Positions 35,353 through 36,412 of a stretch of DNA of 36,412 nt are shown piece after piece. Each line of letters opens with the position of its first letter. Within the stretch, counting starts at the first letter, position 1. The notes under the pieces were generated by a model. That model was not told the origin of the DNA and did no database searches. It saw only the letters and a program-made list of their open reading frames with translations. Location: positions 64,001-100,412 of the IMG/VR virus record IMGVR_UViG_3300043436_004120; one strand, 5' to 3'. The DNA comes from a virus. Lineage: Duplodnaviria; Heunggongvirae; Uroviricota; Caudoviricetes. The position numbers and the translations under genes are program-made.

Positions 35353-35788
35353 CAGCCACGGTTGAGGGTCAAGAAATTTTAACTTGATGCCTCAGCCCCA
35401 ATTTGATATAATAATATCTTAGAAATTAATAAAGAACCCAGTCGGGAATGGCTTAATGAATACCAAACAACTTTGTTAGTTGGTGCCAGTTCCGCTTCAG
35501 CAGCCCACCTCACTACCCAGCAATTAGATTGCAACTATCTGTGTGGCTAGCCTGCAAGCAACGATTGGAATTTCTTTGTTGATTCTTTTTGTCAAATACT
35601 GTATAATTTATTTATAAATTAGTGAATTGGGTGACAGCGGAGGCGGGACTTATCTGCCATGCGTCTTAATTGTGGGGAATAAATTACCCGAGCCACAGCC
35701 CCAAAGAATTCGGTGTTATGCGACCTCGCCCTATATAGCTAGGATAACAACTTAATTGGCAGAGAAGCTACTGCCAGCCAACTTATGC

Positions 35789-35863
35789 ACTTGATTCGTC
35801 TATCGGCTAGGACACCCGCCTTTCACGCGGACAAGACGGGTTCGATTCCCGTATCAAGTACCA
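35789..35863 (+). tRNA. tRNA-Glu (anticodon UUC)
   Basis: Acceptor ACTTGAT/ATCAAGT, D arm GTC/GAC, anticodon loop CT-TTC-AC, T arm ACGGG-TTCGATT-CCCGT, encoded CCA. Confidence 0.93.
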
Positions 35864-35960
35864 AACAAGGAGAGACAACTCCGTGCCCCTATAAGGCTGT
35901 GCAGAACCTAAACCGTGTTGCTTGCGAAACCCGGCATGATGGTAACAAATAACCACCAAC

Positions 35961-36055
35961 CCTCTGATGAGCACATGCAAGTTGTGCGAAACTCTAAGGC
36001 CCGTACCAGTGTGCGAGTGTTACCCACCACTCCGCTGGCGCGACTTAGGGTCAGG
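35961..36055 (+). ncRNA. Hammerhead-ribozyme-like core (type I topology, very short stem I)
   Basis: CTGATGA; stem II GCACA/TGTGC; GAAA; stem III ACTCTAAG/CTTAGGGT; cleavage triplet GTC (36050-36052); stem I only CCT/AGG. Confidence 0.4.
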
Positions 36056-36412
36056 ACGAAACCCTGAAAGCAATTGTGAAAACTGGAAGTGGCGATCTGT
36101 TGAGCTCCGGCTGATGCAGTGAACTACAGAAACTTAGTAGCTAGCGGAAAGCAAGTAGTACTCCTAGTGAGCAGTTACTATATAAACTGCCGTCTTATCT
36201 GGTACCGACGTAAAATGGTCTTGGTAGACTGGTGCACTGACGTACCCGAGCAATAACAACCCGTAAGGTGGTTCGACCCTAAGTTGCAGAGGGTTCGTAA
36301 AATTATCTAACCGGAGACAACCGTATTAAACACCGACCCCGAACTGCACAGGGGTCACTAAAAATTGTGTGCAGGCGCTAAGCGTTGAAAGCGTAAGCCC
36401 ACCCCAAGCTGT

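Larger units (their letters stand above)
28714..35607 (+). promoter_or_regulatory. Series of about 13 rightward sigma70-type early promoters
   Basis: -35/-10 pairs at 28714-28741, 29375-29403, 30527-30554, 32001-32030, 33470-33498, 33666-33694, 34804-34832, 34975-35003, 35384-35412 and 35579-35607; TATAAT without a clear -35 at 29891, 31390 and 33305. Confidence 0.7.
35614..36412 (+). ncRNA. Candidate large structured non-coding RNA (GOLLD-like architecture) with a nested tRNA; probably continues beyond the window
   Basis: Promoter at 35579-35607; no ORF of 60 aa or more; many hairpins; long-range helices 36040-36052/36275-36287 and 35958-35965/36288-36295; pseudoknot near the 3' end. Confidence 0.6.

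Noticed and set aside
35864-35940. tRNA-associated theta (HDV-like) ribozyme right after the tRNA
   Set aside because: I could not build the nested double pseudoknot; only a simple GGAG/CTCC hairpin is evident
1-36412. Alternative genetic code (stop-codon reassignment)
   Set aside because: All core genes are full length under the standard code, and the only tRNA seen is an ordinary Glu(UUC)

Overview
This window is part of a lytic, T5-like (Demerecviridae-type) siphophage genome, with a Proteobacterial host inferred from its regulatory motifs. Bases 1-28381 carry the leftward (minus-strand) late module: terS, terL, a nicking HNH nuclease, portal, a prohead protease fused in frame to the major capsid protein, T5-like neck and tail-tube genes, and tail chaperones with a -1 frameshift site. 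Next come the tape measure protein, a lambda-like tail tip (distal tail, DUF1833, and one NlpC/P60-gpI-gpJ fusion) and an S74-chaperoned fibre. A separately promoted side-fibre operon ends in an 841-aa Thr/Ser/Trp repeat protein. Bases ~28700-35350 form a rightward early/pre-early-like region of small genes: three A2-like HTH paralogues, two SprT-like proteases, a HAD phosphatase, a DEDDh exonuclease and a PQ-loop transporter. The intergenic DNA there is highly organised. Seven antisense TTGACA-N17/18-TATAAT promoters occur, six followed by a conserved 18-mer, and a non-coding hub carries matches to sigma54, Fur, NtrC and OmpR-family sites. The last ~800 nt are non-coding and look like a large structured RNA (GOLLD-like architecture). 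It has a nested tRNA-Glu(UUC) and a complete hammerhead-core motif, and probably runs past the window end. All family assignments come from motif recognition, not database searches.
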